A stretch of DNA of 64,000 nucleotides from Octopus sinensis (Eukaryota). The notes beneath the pieces are model-generated. The model saw only the letters and a list, made by a program, of their open reading frames with translations. It searched no databases and was not told the origin of the DNA. Within the stretch, counting starts at the first letter, position 1. Every line of letters begins with the position of its first letter. The position numbers and the translations under genes are program-made. Below, in pieces: positions 53,680 to 64,000 of the stretch. The stretch covers positions 23,498,001 through 23,562,000 of the forward strand of contig NC_043016.1 in the NCBI RefSeq assembly GCF_006345805.1, given 5' to 3'.

Positions 53680-53941
53680 GTTTCATTTTTGTGTTGTTGA
53701 TGTATCTAGTTAATTTATACATTTTTACACAGCTTTGTCTGAAAGAGGATGTCGGTGACTCTGAGATTGATCAGAGGAAGATTTGAAAATATCCTCAAAC
53801 CAGAGACCTGACCCAGATGCTTGCAATATTGTAAGTTTAAACCCTGCCACCCAAGGGCCAGTGGTGTTAAAGCAGGCAATAGATTAAGTCTACATCCCTA
53901 GGTAAACCTAGATTGCAAAGAACTGAAACAATTACCCAAGG
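53680..53941 (+). other. Duplicated cassette copy 2 (98-nt exon-like segment 53733-53830, frameshifted)
   Basis: Same splice signals. The 5-nt insertion cagag gives ..EIDQRKI*. Confidence 0.4.
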
Positions 53942-56899
53942 TATCTTGTCTAAAACTCTAGCAATTCCTTCAGTCCAACACCATGAACTGATACCTTTAT
54001 TGACCCTGAAGGTAATATTGATCTTGATGGGATTTGAACACAGATGGCAGAGAGCCAAAGTCTTCTATTCTGTGCTCTAAAATGTTGTTGAGGCTGTGGG
54101 CTTTCATACTCTAGTCGTCATTTAATCCCAAACTTGTCCTGATTGGGAAAATCAGAGTTGAGGTATCCCAACTGTGACCATCTTTTCAAGAAAGCCAGTC
54201 ACATATGTCTACATGTCCATTTAGAAAGATTTGACTGCTATTTCTAGCAAGTTGAGTAACCACTTAGAAGCTTCCTCATTAGCTTGTATGGTAGCCCCAG
54301 GTTAGATTATGCAGACGTATTAGCAATCGGATCGATGAAGTCTAGGTAATCTTTCAGCTTTTAGTGTTTCATTGCATTTGATATATCGCATAAATGAGTG
54401 TGTGTGAGATATAGCGTCCAATATTCTCAGCAGTTTTTTAATTTTTTTCTTTTGAAATTTATGAAAGAAAGTTTAACAGTATTGGTGTTGTATGTTATTG
54501 GTTGCTAAGTTTACGTTATTAGCTAAAATAATACCAAGGCTATGAATTGTGAATGGTGTCCCTCACATTGAATCGAGGTTTGATTTTGTGTTTGTTAATA
54601 TTTTGAGATATTGTTTGGTGGTAAGAAGAGTGTCTGGCTATACTAAAAAACTACTTCAACAAGTTTTGTCTGACCCGTGTACTCATTAGAAAGTGGGCAT
54701 TAATATGATGATGCTGGTGGTAAATAATATATATATATATTATATATATTATATATATATAAGGTGTGTGTGTATCAGCTACCTGTCAATGATGGTCTAT
54801 AAGCATTCAGCCGTTGCCAAACAACCTGCATAAGTGATTTGTTTATAGTGACCAAATGTATGTTCTGTACATTAGCTCACCTGCCTCCATCAAATTGATG
54901 TTGCCTGGACAGGTGCACTGTGCACCATGCGTCAGGTGTCAAAGTGATTGCAAAGCAACATGAAATGAAGTGTTTTGCTGAAGCACACATTGTACCACCC
55001 AGTCTAGGAGGTGAAACCATGATCTTGTGATTGTGAGCGCAACACCCTAACCATTAGGTCTTGTGCCCTCACACACACAAATATTGTGTGTGTTTGTCTT
55101 GTCTCTAATTGCATGACAACCAGTATTGTTGTCAAGTATATTTCTCAATAACTTAGTAGTTCAGCAAAAAAGACTGACAGGTTAAGTACCCAGACTTAAG
55201 TATTACCGGGGTCAATTTGAGCAGCTGAATTTTTCAAGGTGATAACAACCTCAGCATGGCCACTGACTGAAACTGGTAAAAAGAACAAAAGAATTAACGT
55301 TTACCAAAATGTGAATACTTGATAATGAATATAGATTCTACTATATACATGTAAGATGCTATCATTATCATCATCATCATTGATGTCATTTAATGTCCAT
55401 TTTCCATGCTGGCATGGGTTACACAGTTTGACAAAAGCTGTTAAGGCCAGAGCCTGCACCAGGTTCTATTGTCTGTTTTAGCATGGTTTCTACAGTTAGA
55501 TACCCTTCCTAATACCAACTGGGTGCTTTATATGTGGCACTAGTATAGTGCGTACTGTATATAACAAGTATATATATAAATCTGACCAGTAGAATATTTA
55601 ATAATATTTATCAGACAATTTGTCCTAAACCAATCTGAGTTGGATGAATAAATACAGCAATACACTATATTCTGTTAAGTATGTCCATTATATAAGAAAT
55701 CAGAATATCAATATTTTTTTTTTTTACTTTTTGCCTGCATGTGTATAAGACTGCCTTTAAGCTTAATCATCTTTTTATTTCACAGATGCAAGAACATTTA
55801 ATGGATATTAAATAAATGTGGAACTGAAAAGAGAAGAAAAATATAGCTAATGAAAGCTTGTCTCTAATGTAGACATGCCACTATGGTGCCAGTTTTGGCT
55901 GGACAGTCTTCTTAAATGTCAGTATGTGTTCTCACTTGGCTCCTATAGTAATCAATAGGCTCAGCTGATGTGTTAAGTTGAAAACAAAAAAAAAACTTTA
56001 ATCTTTTGAAAAAGTAAGGTATCGAAACAAAACAAAAGAAAAAGTAAAAAAAACACAAAACAAGAAAAAAAGAAAAAAAGAAGCAATAAAATAAGAAAAA
56101 CGATTCTTGGGATTTGCCTTTAATTCTGTTTATGGTTCCAAATTCAGTTTTTGATGTCTTTAATTTTATTATTTTTTTATTTTATTATTTAGTTTAAGGA
56201 AGAGGGGAAGGGTAGTACCCACAGCAGTTGACCATGCCAGATTAGTGGACGCAAATGTGATTGATTATCATTTTTAATTCTTGCAAGTTCATGTCAGCAG
56301 GGAAAAGCATGGGATGAGTTCCAGTGGGTTGAAGTTCCATGCTTGAAGTATTACCTTAGGTGTTTTGAAAGGCTTTGGAGGTAAGATACTCCAGAGATAA
56401 GTTTTCAGAGGAAGCAGTACAACAGACCTTGCTTGTTCAAAGGAGCAAAAAGTATCTTGTAGAGTTATCAGAAAAAAAAGCAGGATTGGCATGACTGGAA
56501 TCCACAGTTTATGAATATGCATATCATTGGTAAATTTGTTGCTGGGCAAAAATTTGAAATATTTCACTCCAAATTATGTGACTCATCATAAGATAACATG
56601 AGTATCTTGCTTGTCTTCTCGTCTACTCATGCCCTCTGTCATTCTTTGAGTGGGATCTCACCTGCTTTCTTTGTTATTGAGTTTCCATATTTTTAATTGA
56701 ATCAAGAAATTTTGTGTTAGTTCTAAGCTATTTGTCACATGCCCTACCGTGTCCCAATTTTAACACCCAGGTGATTGCCTAGTTAATTCAGTGTTGCAGT
56801 ACTGACCCTTGCATGCTCTGTAGTCTGATGGTTGCTGAAATGCTTAGCTGTAGATGTATAACTACTAGTCATGTATATAATACATTCTAAGGTTAGGAG

Positions 56900-57110
56900 G
56901 GTAGGGCTTTGACTTCAATGAATAAGCAGGTGTTAACTGGAGATCTTTCCCAGCCCACTTCTATTCGTATAGTTCATGAGGCTATAACATATAAGTTAAT
57001 GATTTTTTTATTTCTGGGATTTTTTATATACTGATGACCTGATTCTCATTGTGGATTCTGTTAAAAGGCTGAGAAATTTTCCAAAGCTGGAAACATGTCA
57101 ACATTACAGA
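56900..57110 (+). mobile_element. Very old RT fragment
   Basis: ..PAHFYSYSS*GY.. resembles SPLLF.V.EAIT; LYTDDLILIVDSVK resembles LYADDLVLIADS. Confidence 0.55.
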
Positions 57111-57967
57111 GACTTAGCTAGTTAACTGAAGAAAGCCTTCAGGCACAGGCAAACCTTTCTGTTCCCAAGCAGATTATGCTTGCTTAAGTGAGGCTAAGGG
57201 AGTCAACCTTAAAAAAAAATTAGAAGAGCCCCTGTGGGCAGTAGGATGGCTGTATCTCATCCTGGCAGCTTTTGCATCTGGTACTTTTCAGTCATCTTGA
57301 TTCTGTCTTGCCACTGGATACAGAAACATCAGGTAGAGAGGACAAGTTAGTTACTGCACATTTCTCCGTTATCTTTAGAGTCTCGCACAAGTCAGTATGG
57401 CTTTACATATTTGAAAGTCCTGCAGCATTAACACTAAGCATGGGTAGCTGGGAACTGTTCACTCAGAAGTTCACTCACCAGGTGGCTCAGGCTACTTGGG
57501 TGTTTCTTGGCTAAAGAAGCAGTGCTGAGCTTCAGAACACACTGCTCATCTCCTCAGAATTAGGAAGGGATTAGAAAAGGTGTCCCTAAAAAAAACGTTA
57601 CTTCGTTATTTCCTGGTTAGTAGTAGACTGCAGCTTACAGAATCTTAAGAAAAACTAAAGGGAAAAAAGTTGTACAGAAAGCAAAAGTCCCACCATGTTC
57701 TGATTCTGCTACTTCATGCCCTGACAGCAATCATGGACTTTATGCCAATATTGGTTTAATGACCCACCTCTGGACCCACAAAGAGTAAAACTGATAACCT
57801 GATCATCTTCAGAGACATGAAGGATAAACATAAATGAGAACTTAAAATTCCAGTGCCGACTGTGAACTGGCCCTTGTTGGTTGAAAGCTCTCACACACTT
57901 CTTCCCAAAAAGGTTTAGTTACATCTTGATAAAAAATTTAACATTTTTTTGAAAAATAATTTTTTGT

Positions 57968-58275
57968 AAAAATCACCTTTACACTTCAAAACTGTAATAT
58001 GTAATTCACAAATATATATGTGTGTGTGTGTGACAATTAGTTGGTTGTTATAATAAAACTCAGATTTTCGGATGCTGGAGCTGAAGTCTGCTCTAGCATC
58101 TCATCAGTTATTAAGACAAGACAACCAACTAATTGTCACAATATATTTATAGATAAATTCCTCTATTTTACATAATATCGAGGTCTCATTCATTCTTTTG
58201 TTGTCATATTATTATTATGATATATATATATATAAGAATTACATAATACAGTTTTGAAGTGTAAAGGTGATTTTT
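57968..58275. repeat. Nested inverted repeats around a minus-strand hammerhead-like core
   Basis: Outer arms 57968-58007 / 58236-58275; inner arms 58029-58048 / 58121-58140. Confidence 0.75.
58051..58113 (-). ncRNA. Degenerate type-I hammerhead ribozyme
   Basis: UAAUAA-CUGAUGA-GAUGCUAGAGC-agacuuca-GCUCCAGCAUC-c-GAAA-aucuga-GUU-UUAUUA. Stem I 6 bp; stem II 11 positions with one A-C mismatch; A15.2.G16.2 mismatch. Confidence 0.6.
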
Positions 58276-59318
58276 AAAAAAATGTTATAAAATCTTATAT
58301 GTATGTGTGTGTATATATAAATATATATATATATAATATGTAAGCTGAGTGGGTAGGAAGTCAATACTGTGTACTGAGTATAAACAATGAATACACAAAA
58401 TGTGAAATGGTATCATGAGCAAGCTAGCAGAGAACCAAGATATTAGCTGTACAGAAGTAGAGACATAGATGTATTGATGCCTTTGGACTGTTTAGCTGTT
58501 TCACTAAATGTGTGTAGAGTTGTTAGTTGGAGAGACATATATATAGTGTTCAGATGTTTCACTAGAGGTACTTTCTGTTACTTAGTTAGTCTATTTAGTC
58601 GAGAGGGTGGTTTTGATGATATTAAGAGTAGTTACGCATGTGTGAGAAGAAGTAGCAGGGTCAAATCTCAGGATATTAGGTCTCAGAGTCAAAGAATTAT
58701 GTTGAGAGCAGACACGATTAACCTATGACATCATAGATAAATAAGACTTTAATACATTAATGACAATAACAAACAGGATTTGTCAATATACACTTTCACT
58801 GAGAGACTCTAGTGTGAGCTGTGTGTGCGTGTATTTATGTGTGGAACCTAGTACTTCAAAAGCTGTAAAGATTTCCTGCTGTCACTGAAGAATGCATTTG
58901 TAGAATTATAAGATTAGCTATATGAAGATTTTTAAGTATTTTAACAAGAGTGTTTATACATACATATATGTATATGTGTGCACACACGCACACACATATA
59001 TAAAAAACCAACACAGATGAACAAGGAAATTTACAGGGAAATATGAAATATCAATACAGATGAATGTGTATAATTCTGATACCTTCAACAGTTGCCAATT
59101 GGAAATCATAATTTTAGTGTGTAAAAAAAAAATAGTGTTAATTCCTGTTGTGACCATAACAGAGTTGTGAAGACTACGGATGAATGCACATGGAAAATGA
59201 TAAAAGTCATGATAAAATATGGGTATACAACAATGAATATAGGATGGAAAAATTCAAAATGAAACAAACAAGATATAACATTGTTTTCAGCATGGCTAAA
59301 AATTGTAAGGCATTTTAA

Positions 59319-59538
59319 CCCTTTAGCATTCAAACCGGCCATATCTGGCCAAAATATTTAACCTGTTTTATATTGAAACTGACCAGATCTCACCTTTTAT
59401 CTCAGCCCTACCATGTCATTCTAAAACTAAAAAATCACATCACTGAAATCTCTAAACTACAAGATAATGCATGATTAATTCAAACCATTTTAAATAAACA
59501 AACATCACATTTGACAGAATAATCTGAACACTAAAGGG
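59319..59538. mobile_element. piggyBac-type MITE, TTAA TSDs intact
   Basis: TTAA|ccctttagcattca ... tgaacactaaaggg|TTAA. Confidence 0.8.
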
Positions 59539-61212
59539 TTAAATACAAAAGTGGAGGGAGAAGGAGGCTTGGAACAGATAAAGGAGTCAGGATACAGAAT
59601 TGCCTTGTGTGAGGGAAGAGAAGCTGGAGATTAGCAGCATTTGAGTGAAGATAGAGACTATGACAGAAAAGTTGATTGAGAAACTGAACAAAGTTGGTGA
59701 TAGAAGGAAAAGTAAATGAGCGAAGACAGCAGTTGAAAGAGACAAAATGGGGAGTAGATGACTGAGAATAGAAAAGGTTATGGACTGCAACAGGGTATAA
59801 GATAAAGACAGCTAGATTGATAGATATATAGAGAGATGGATAGGTAGATGAACCTATAAATTGATGGAATGGAAAGATGTAGATACTAACTATAAAAAAA
59901 AATTAAGATGACTTCATTGCCCTACAAATAATATTGCAAAAAGTAAGAAAGACAAACAAGGTGATTTTTATAGGAAAAATGCAGGGTCAGCTCAGATACA
60001 TGTGCATAAATCTGATTCCTGCATCAGTTGTCAATTGAAAATCATGATAATTTCAGCACCTAAGAAAACAATTCATTCCTGTGATGTCCATAACCCATTT
60101 GAGTTGGGAAAGCACAGAGGAGTGTTTGCAAAAATAATAACTGTGATAAAAAATGAAAAATAATAGTATACAAAAACAAATACAGGGCAGAAAAATACTA
60201 GCCAAAACAGACAAGAAGACAATGGGATTGTCTTGTGACTTGGATAATTAAGAAAATAATGCATGGAGAAAAATAATAATACCCCCTTTCTCATTCATTC
60301 TTTTTTGTTTTTCTCTACTCATAGATATATATACATACATACACAAATATATAAGCACACACACATGAGAAGAGGAAAATGTTTTTTAAGAGTCCAATAT
60401 AAAAATAATTCTGTTGATTAGCAGTATCTGCAGATTCTAATAAACATTCTCCTATAAATAGAACAGTCACATGTAGATTTGGAACAAACTAGCATTGTGT
60501 TCTTTGAATAAGTGTGGAATATGCCTGCTTTTTGACAAAAACACCAGCAGCAGCAGAAGAGGAGTGGGTGTTCCTACTACTTACATTTACCTGTATGCAT
60601 ACACATTTCCATACATACATAGGTACACATACACACAGATGTGTTTGTGCATGTGTATGTACTTTCTGTAGGGTCAGAGTAAAACATTGTGAAAAGCTTT
60701 TTAAAATGAAAATAAATTGTGGAAGCAATTGTTGATGGTGTTGTTGCTGTTGTTGTTACAATCATCTAGCCTTGATCCACCAGTGGCTAAACATAGTTTA
60801 GAGTACACAATAGCACAATAGTTTATTATAGAGTTTGGAGTACACTGCCTGTGGAGTGTAAATGAAAATGAAGCAAAGTGGCCAGTGGCATGAATATGGA
60901 AGACAATAATGAAAAATTACAAGTATTTCAAATGCCATTCTATGATAAAAACTTGATTTTGTAGAAACTAGCTTTCCTTTGAGTAATGAATAAATATATG
61001 CCATGTGGCAATTATAACCAACTCCAGAGGGGAGATAATTTCAGGGAAACAAGAATTCTCTGAAATTGACTTGCCATTAAGGAATGAGCAGTCTGATTGC
61101 CTGATTACATGGGAACAACTGTGGGCATGTGTTTCTGCAACAGTAGGTGACATCAGTACATGTACATATACATATATACATACTTATACAAACACACATA
61201 TGCTTTTATAAA

Positions 61213-61247
<35 letters not shown>

Positions 61248-61430
61248 GGAACTAGGAGTCCAATATGGAAAATAACTGTTTGTTAATGTATACTGATATA
61301 TTTTGTTTATATTGTATTATTGTATTAATGTGTATATATATGTGTGTAGAATTATGAGTGTCCATGCACACATTTTTATATTTTATATTTTTATATTTAT
61401 ATGTAAATTTTTTTCACACTTATATTAAAT

Positions 61431-61541
61431 TCTCTGAAGAGGCCGTGAGACACCCTTGTTAATGTCTCATTTGTACCTGCTTTATATGGCTAATAGGTTA
61501 AATGAGACTTACTTGTCCTCACGGCCGAAACAGCTGTCAGA
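61431..61541 (+). ncRNA. Minimal type-I hammerhead ribozyme with intact core and long stem II
   Basis: UCU-CUGAAGA(61434-40)-GGCCGUGAG...CUCACGGCC(61518-26)-GAAA-C-AGCU-GUC(61536-38)-AGA. Palindromic stem III ACAGCUGU; inner stem GUCUCAUUU/AAAUGAGAC. Confidence 0.8.
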
Positions 61542-61732
61542 TATGATGTAATTGTATTTTATATTTATATTTCCATGTCTAGTTATATTTACAATATATT
61601 ATGTATAATGTCTTTGCTGTTATGTAATGGTGTAATAAAGTATTGATTGGGTATTATCTGATGGTTGATGATTGATTGATTTAAGTATGTTTCTCCATTT
61701 TCTCATTTTGTATATATATATATATTTATATA

Positions 61733-61841
61733 CTTTATTTAAAAGCAGCAGAAATTCAACAAACCTGTTACTTGGAGTTGAACGGGAACGTGAAACTCCA
61801 AGTAACAGGTTTTGTTGAATTTCTGCTGCTTTTAAATAAAG
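61733..61841. repeat. 47-bp near-perfect hairpin whose loop is a 5'-truncated hammerhead core
   Basis: Arms 61733-61779 and 61794-61841 (1 indel). GA-ACG-GGAA-CGU-GAAAC-UCCAA-GUA at 61780-61804. Confidence 0.75.
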
Positions 61842-61948
61842 CATATTACTCTACCCCTGATATTTGAGTACTCTTTTTTCCACCTTGTTTCACATTTATG
61901 TGTTTACTCCAGCATATATTTATATATATAGATATAGATAGATAGATA

Positions 61949-62116
61949 GATAGATGTGGCCTGTCTATAGGGTTACCCTGGGTTTCATGTTCATAAAGCA
62001 CGTAGCTTTATGGTGTTTCTTCAGAGCCTAGCCTTAGAGTCTGAAGAAAAGCTGTAAAGCTAAGTGTTTTATGGACATAAAACCCAGAGTAACCCCATAG
62101 ACCAGCTACATCTATC
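61949..62116. repeat. 77-bp diverged inverted repeat, each arm carrying a hammerhead-like motif pointing outward
   Basis: Minus arm: CUGAAGA(62024-18)..CAUAAAGC/GCUUUAUG..GAAAC-CCAGG-GUA-ACCC. Plus arm: CUGAAGA(62041)..AAAAC-CCAGA-GUA-ACCC. Confidence 0.7.
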
Positions 62117-62169
62117 TTTATCAATATACTCTACTACTCTATAATTTAGAGTATGCTTCTTTTTCGGAT

Positions 62170-62399
62170 TTATGATTTTCTGATAATACTCTTTTACTTG
62201 TTTCAGCCATGCTGGAGCACCACCTTTAGTCGAACAAATCAACCCCAGGACTTATTCTTTGTAAGCCTAGTACTTATTCTATCGGTCTCTTTTGCCGAAC
62301 CGCTAAGTTACAGGGACGTGAACACACCAGCTCGGTTGTCAAGCAATGTTGGGGGTACAAACATAGACACACAAACACACACACTCACACACACACACG

Positions 62400-62458
<59 letters not shown>

Positions 62459-62630
62459 TATATACACATATATACAACTGGCTTCTTTCAGTTTCCATCT
62501 ACCAAATCCACTCACAGGGCTTTGGTCAGCCCAAGGCTATAGTAGAAGACACTTGCCCAAGGTACCACGTAGTGGGACTGAACCCAGAGCCATGTGGCTG
62601 GTAAGCAAGCTACTTACTACACAGCCACTC
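62170..62630 (-). mobile_element. SINE family A (well preserved)
   Basis: Complete reverse-complement copy with an internal (CA)n(TA)n. Confidence 0.9.
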
Positions 62631-64000
62631 CATTCATATATATCAATATCATCATCATCATTATCATTTAACATCCTATTTTTCATTCTTGCATGAGTCT
62701 TGAGTCAGATGGCATATGTTGAGACAGATTTCATAAAACTGGATGCCCCCTTAGCTAGACATATTTTTCATAGAAGAGTGGAAACAACTTCACTTGCAAG
62801 TATGTGAAACTCATTTACAACTATCGTGTGATGTCTAGACAAAGGCACACACACACACACACACATTTATATGCTGAAGCTTCTTTCAGTTTCTATCTAC
62901 CAAATCCATTCACAAAGTTTTGGCCAGCCTAGGGCTATAATGAAAGACATTTGTCCAATGTTCTATGGAGTGGAACTGGATCCAAGTCTATATGATTGGA
63001 AAGCAAAGCTTGTGAGTGGATTTGATAGATGGAAACAAATTGAAACCTGTTCTCTATCTGTCTGTCTGTATGTCTGTCTCATCATCATTATCATCATTTA
63101 ATATCTCATTTTCCATACTGGCTTCGATTGGATGGTTTAACATGAGTGAGCCAATGAGCTACAACTTATTTCAATGCCTGCTTTGCATGGTTTCTACAAC
63201 TGGATGCCTTTTCCAAGGTCATGTGTATATACATATATATATGTGTGTGTGTGTAAGTGTATGTAGTTGTATAGAAACGGGGGCTTGGATGTGTGTGTAT
63301 GTGTTCATGTATATATCTTTGTCTTAACATCACATGATTGTTGTAATGCATGTGATGTTGTTCATTTCCAGTTGGCAACAAGAAGCTGTAGAAAAATGTG
63401 TTTCAACAAACTCTCTCTAACCCATGCAGGCAATGAAAAAAGTGGACATTAAATGATGATAATAACACAATTATCGTGATATAAATATGCACACACACAC
63501 ACACACATATATACATAAAAGTTATTGATAAGTTGAATGCAAGGACAAGTTACCATAAAAATTAGGACCCAATTTTCAGCTACATTAAACTCCACCCTCA
63601 TATAATGTGGTCAGTGATGCATCAAGGCAGGCGTAATAACAAGAACAACATACAGTTTAAAAGAACAAAAAAACAAAAAACAGAAAAAAGAAATTATTGA
63701 TATTTCAGAAATCTCATTTTGTGCATTTCAGTAATCAATAATCACATTGATCATGGATCATTTCACCCATTGAAAATATCAATATATATATATATATATA
63801 TATCTACACACACATACACACGCACACACAATCACACACACTCACACATGGACTCACCCATTGGTTTTGACACATGAGGATCCAACAACCCACACTTTCT
63901 TTGTCGGTCATAATGCTTATGTTGAATGTGACATTTGAGTTCTGTCAACGATTTGTAAAGAAACCTGCAGATGTCGTTAGTATAAGAATTATGGGTCAGT

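Noticed and set aside
54329-54340. atcgatgaag, a 5.8S rRNA-like motif
   Set aside because: Only ~10 nt match, with no flanking similarity.
57785-57815. Minus-strand CUGAAGA followed by a UGAU/AUCA stem
   Set aside because: No GAAA box after the stem.

Overview
AT-rich eukaryotic non-coding DNA, dense in microsatellites and transposable elements. The tRNA-derived SINE types, the RTE tails and the (TA)n/(CA)n load point to an octopod cephalopod (Octopus-like); this is an inference, and the species cannot be determined. I found no confidently identifiable host protein-coding gene. The provided ORF track is mostly microsatellite read-through or decayed transposon ORFs. Content: one near-full-length but disrupted RTE-clade LINE (~24.4-27.9 kb) plus many RTE fragments; an L1/Tx1 remnant; an RLE-type (R4/Dong-like) LINE scrap; two mariner transposase remnants; mariner, hAT and piggyBac-type MITEs; an internally deleted piggyBac with intact TTAA target sites; Helitron-like pieces; at least three SINE families; and a 100-N scaffold gap. 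Most interesting signals: (1) several minimal type-I hammerhead-ribozyme motifs of the Penelope-like-element kind, one with a fully intact core (61431-61541). Four others lie at or next to the axis of inverted repeats whose arms are unrelated in sequence. (2) A decayed 28S/LSU rRNA domain-V fragment. (3) A locally duplicated exon-like cassette with canonical splice signals, frameshifted in one copy.
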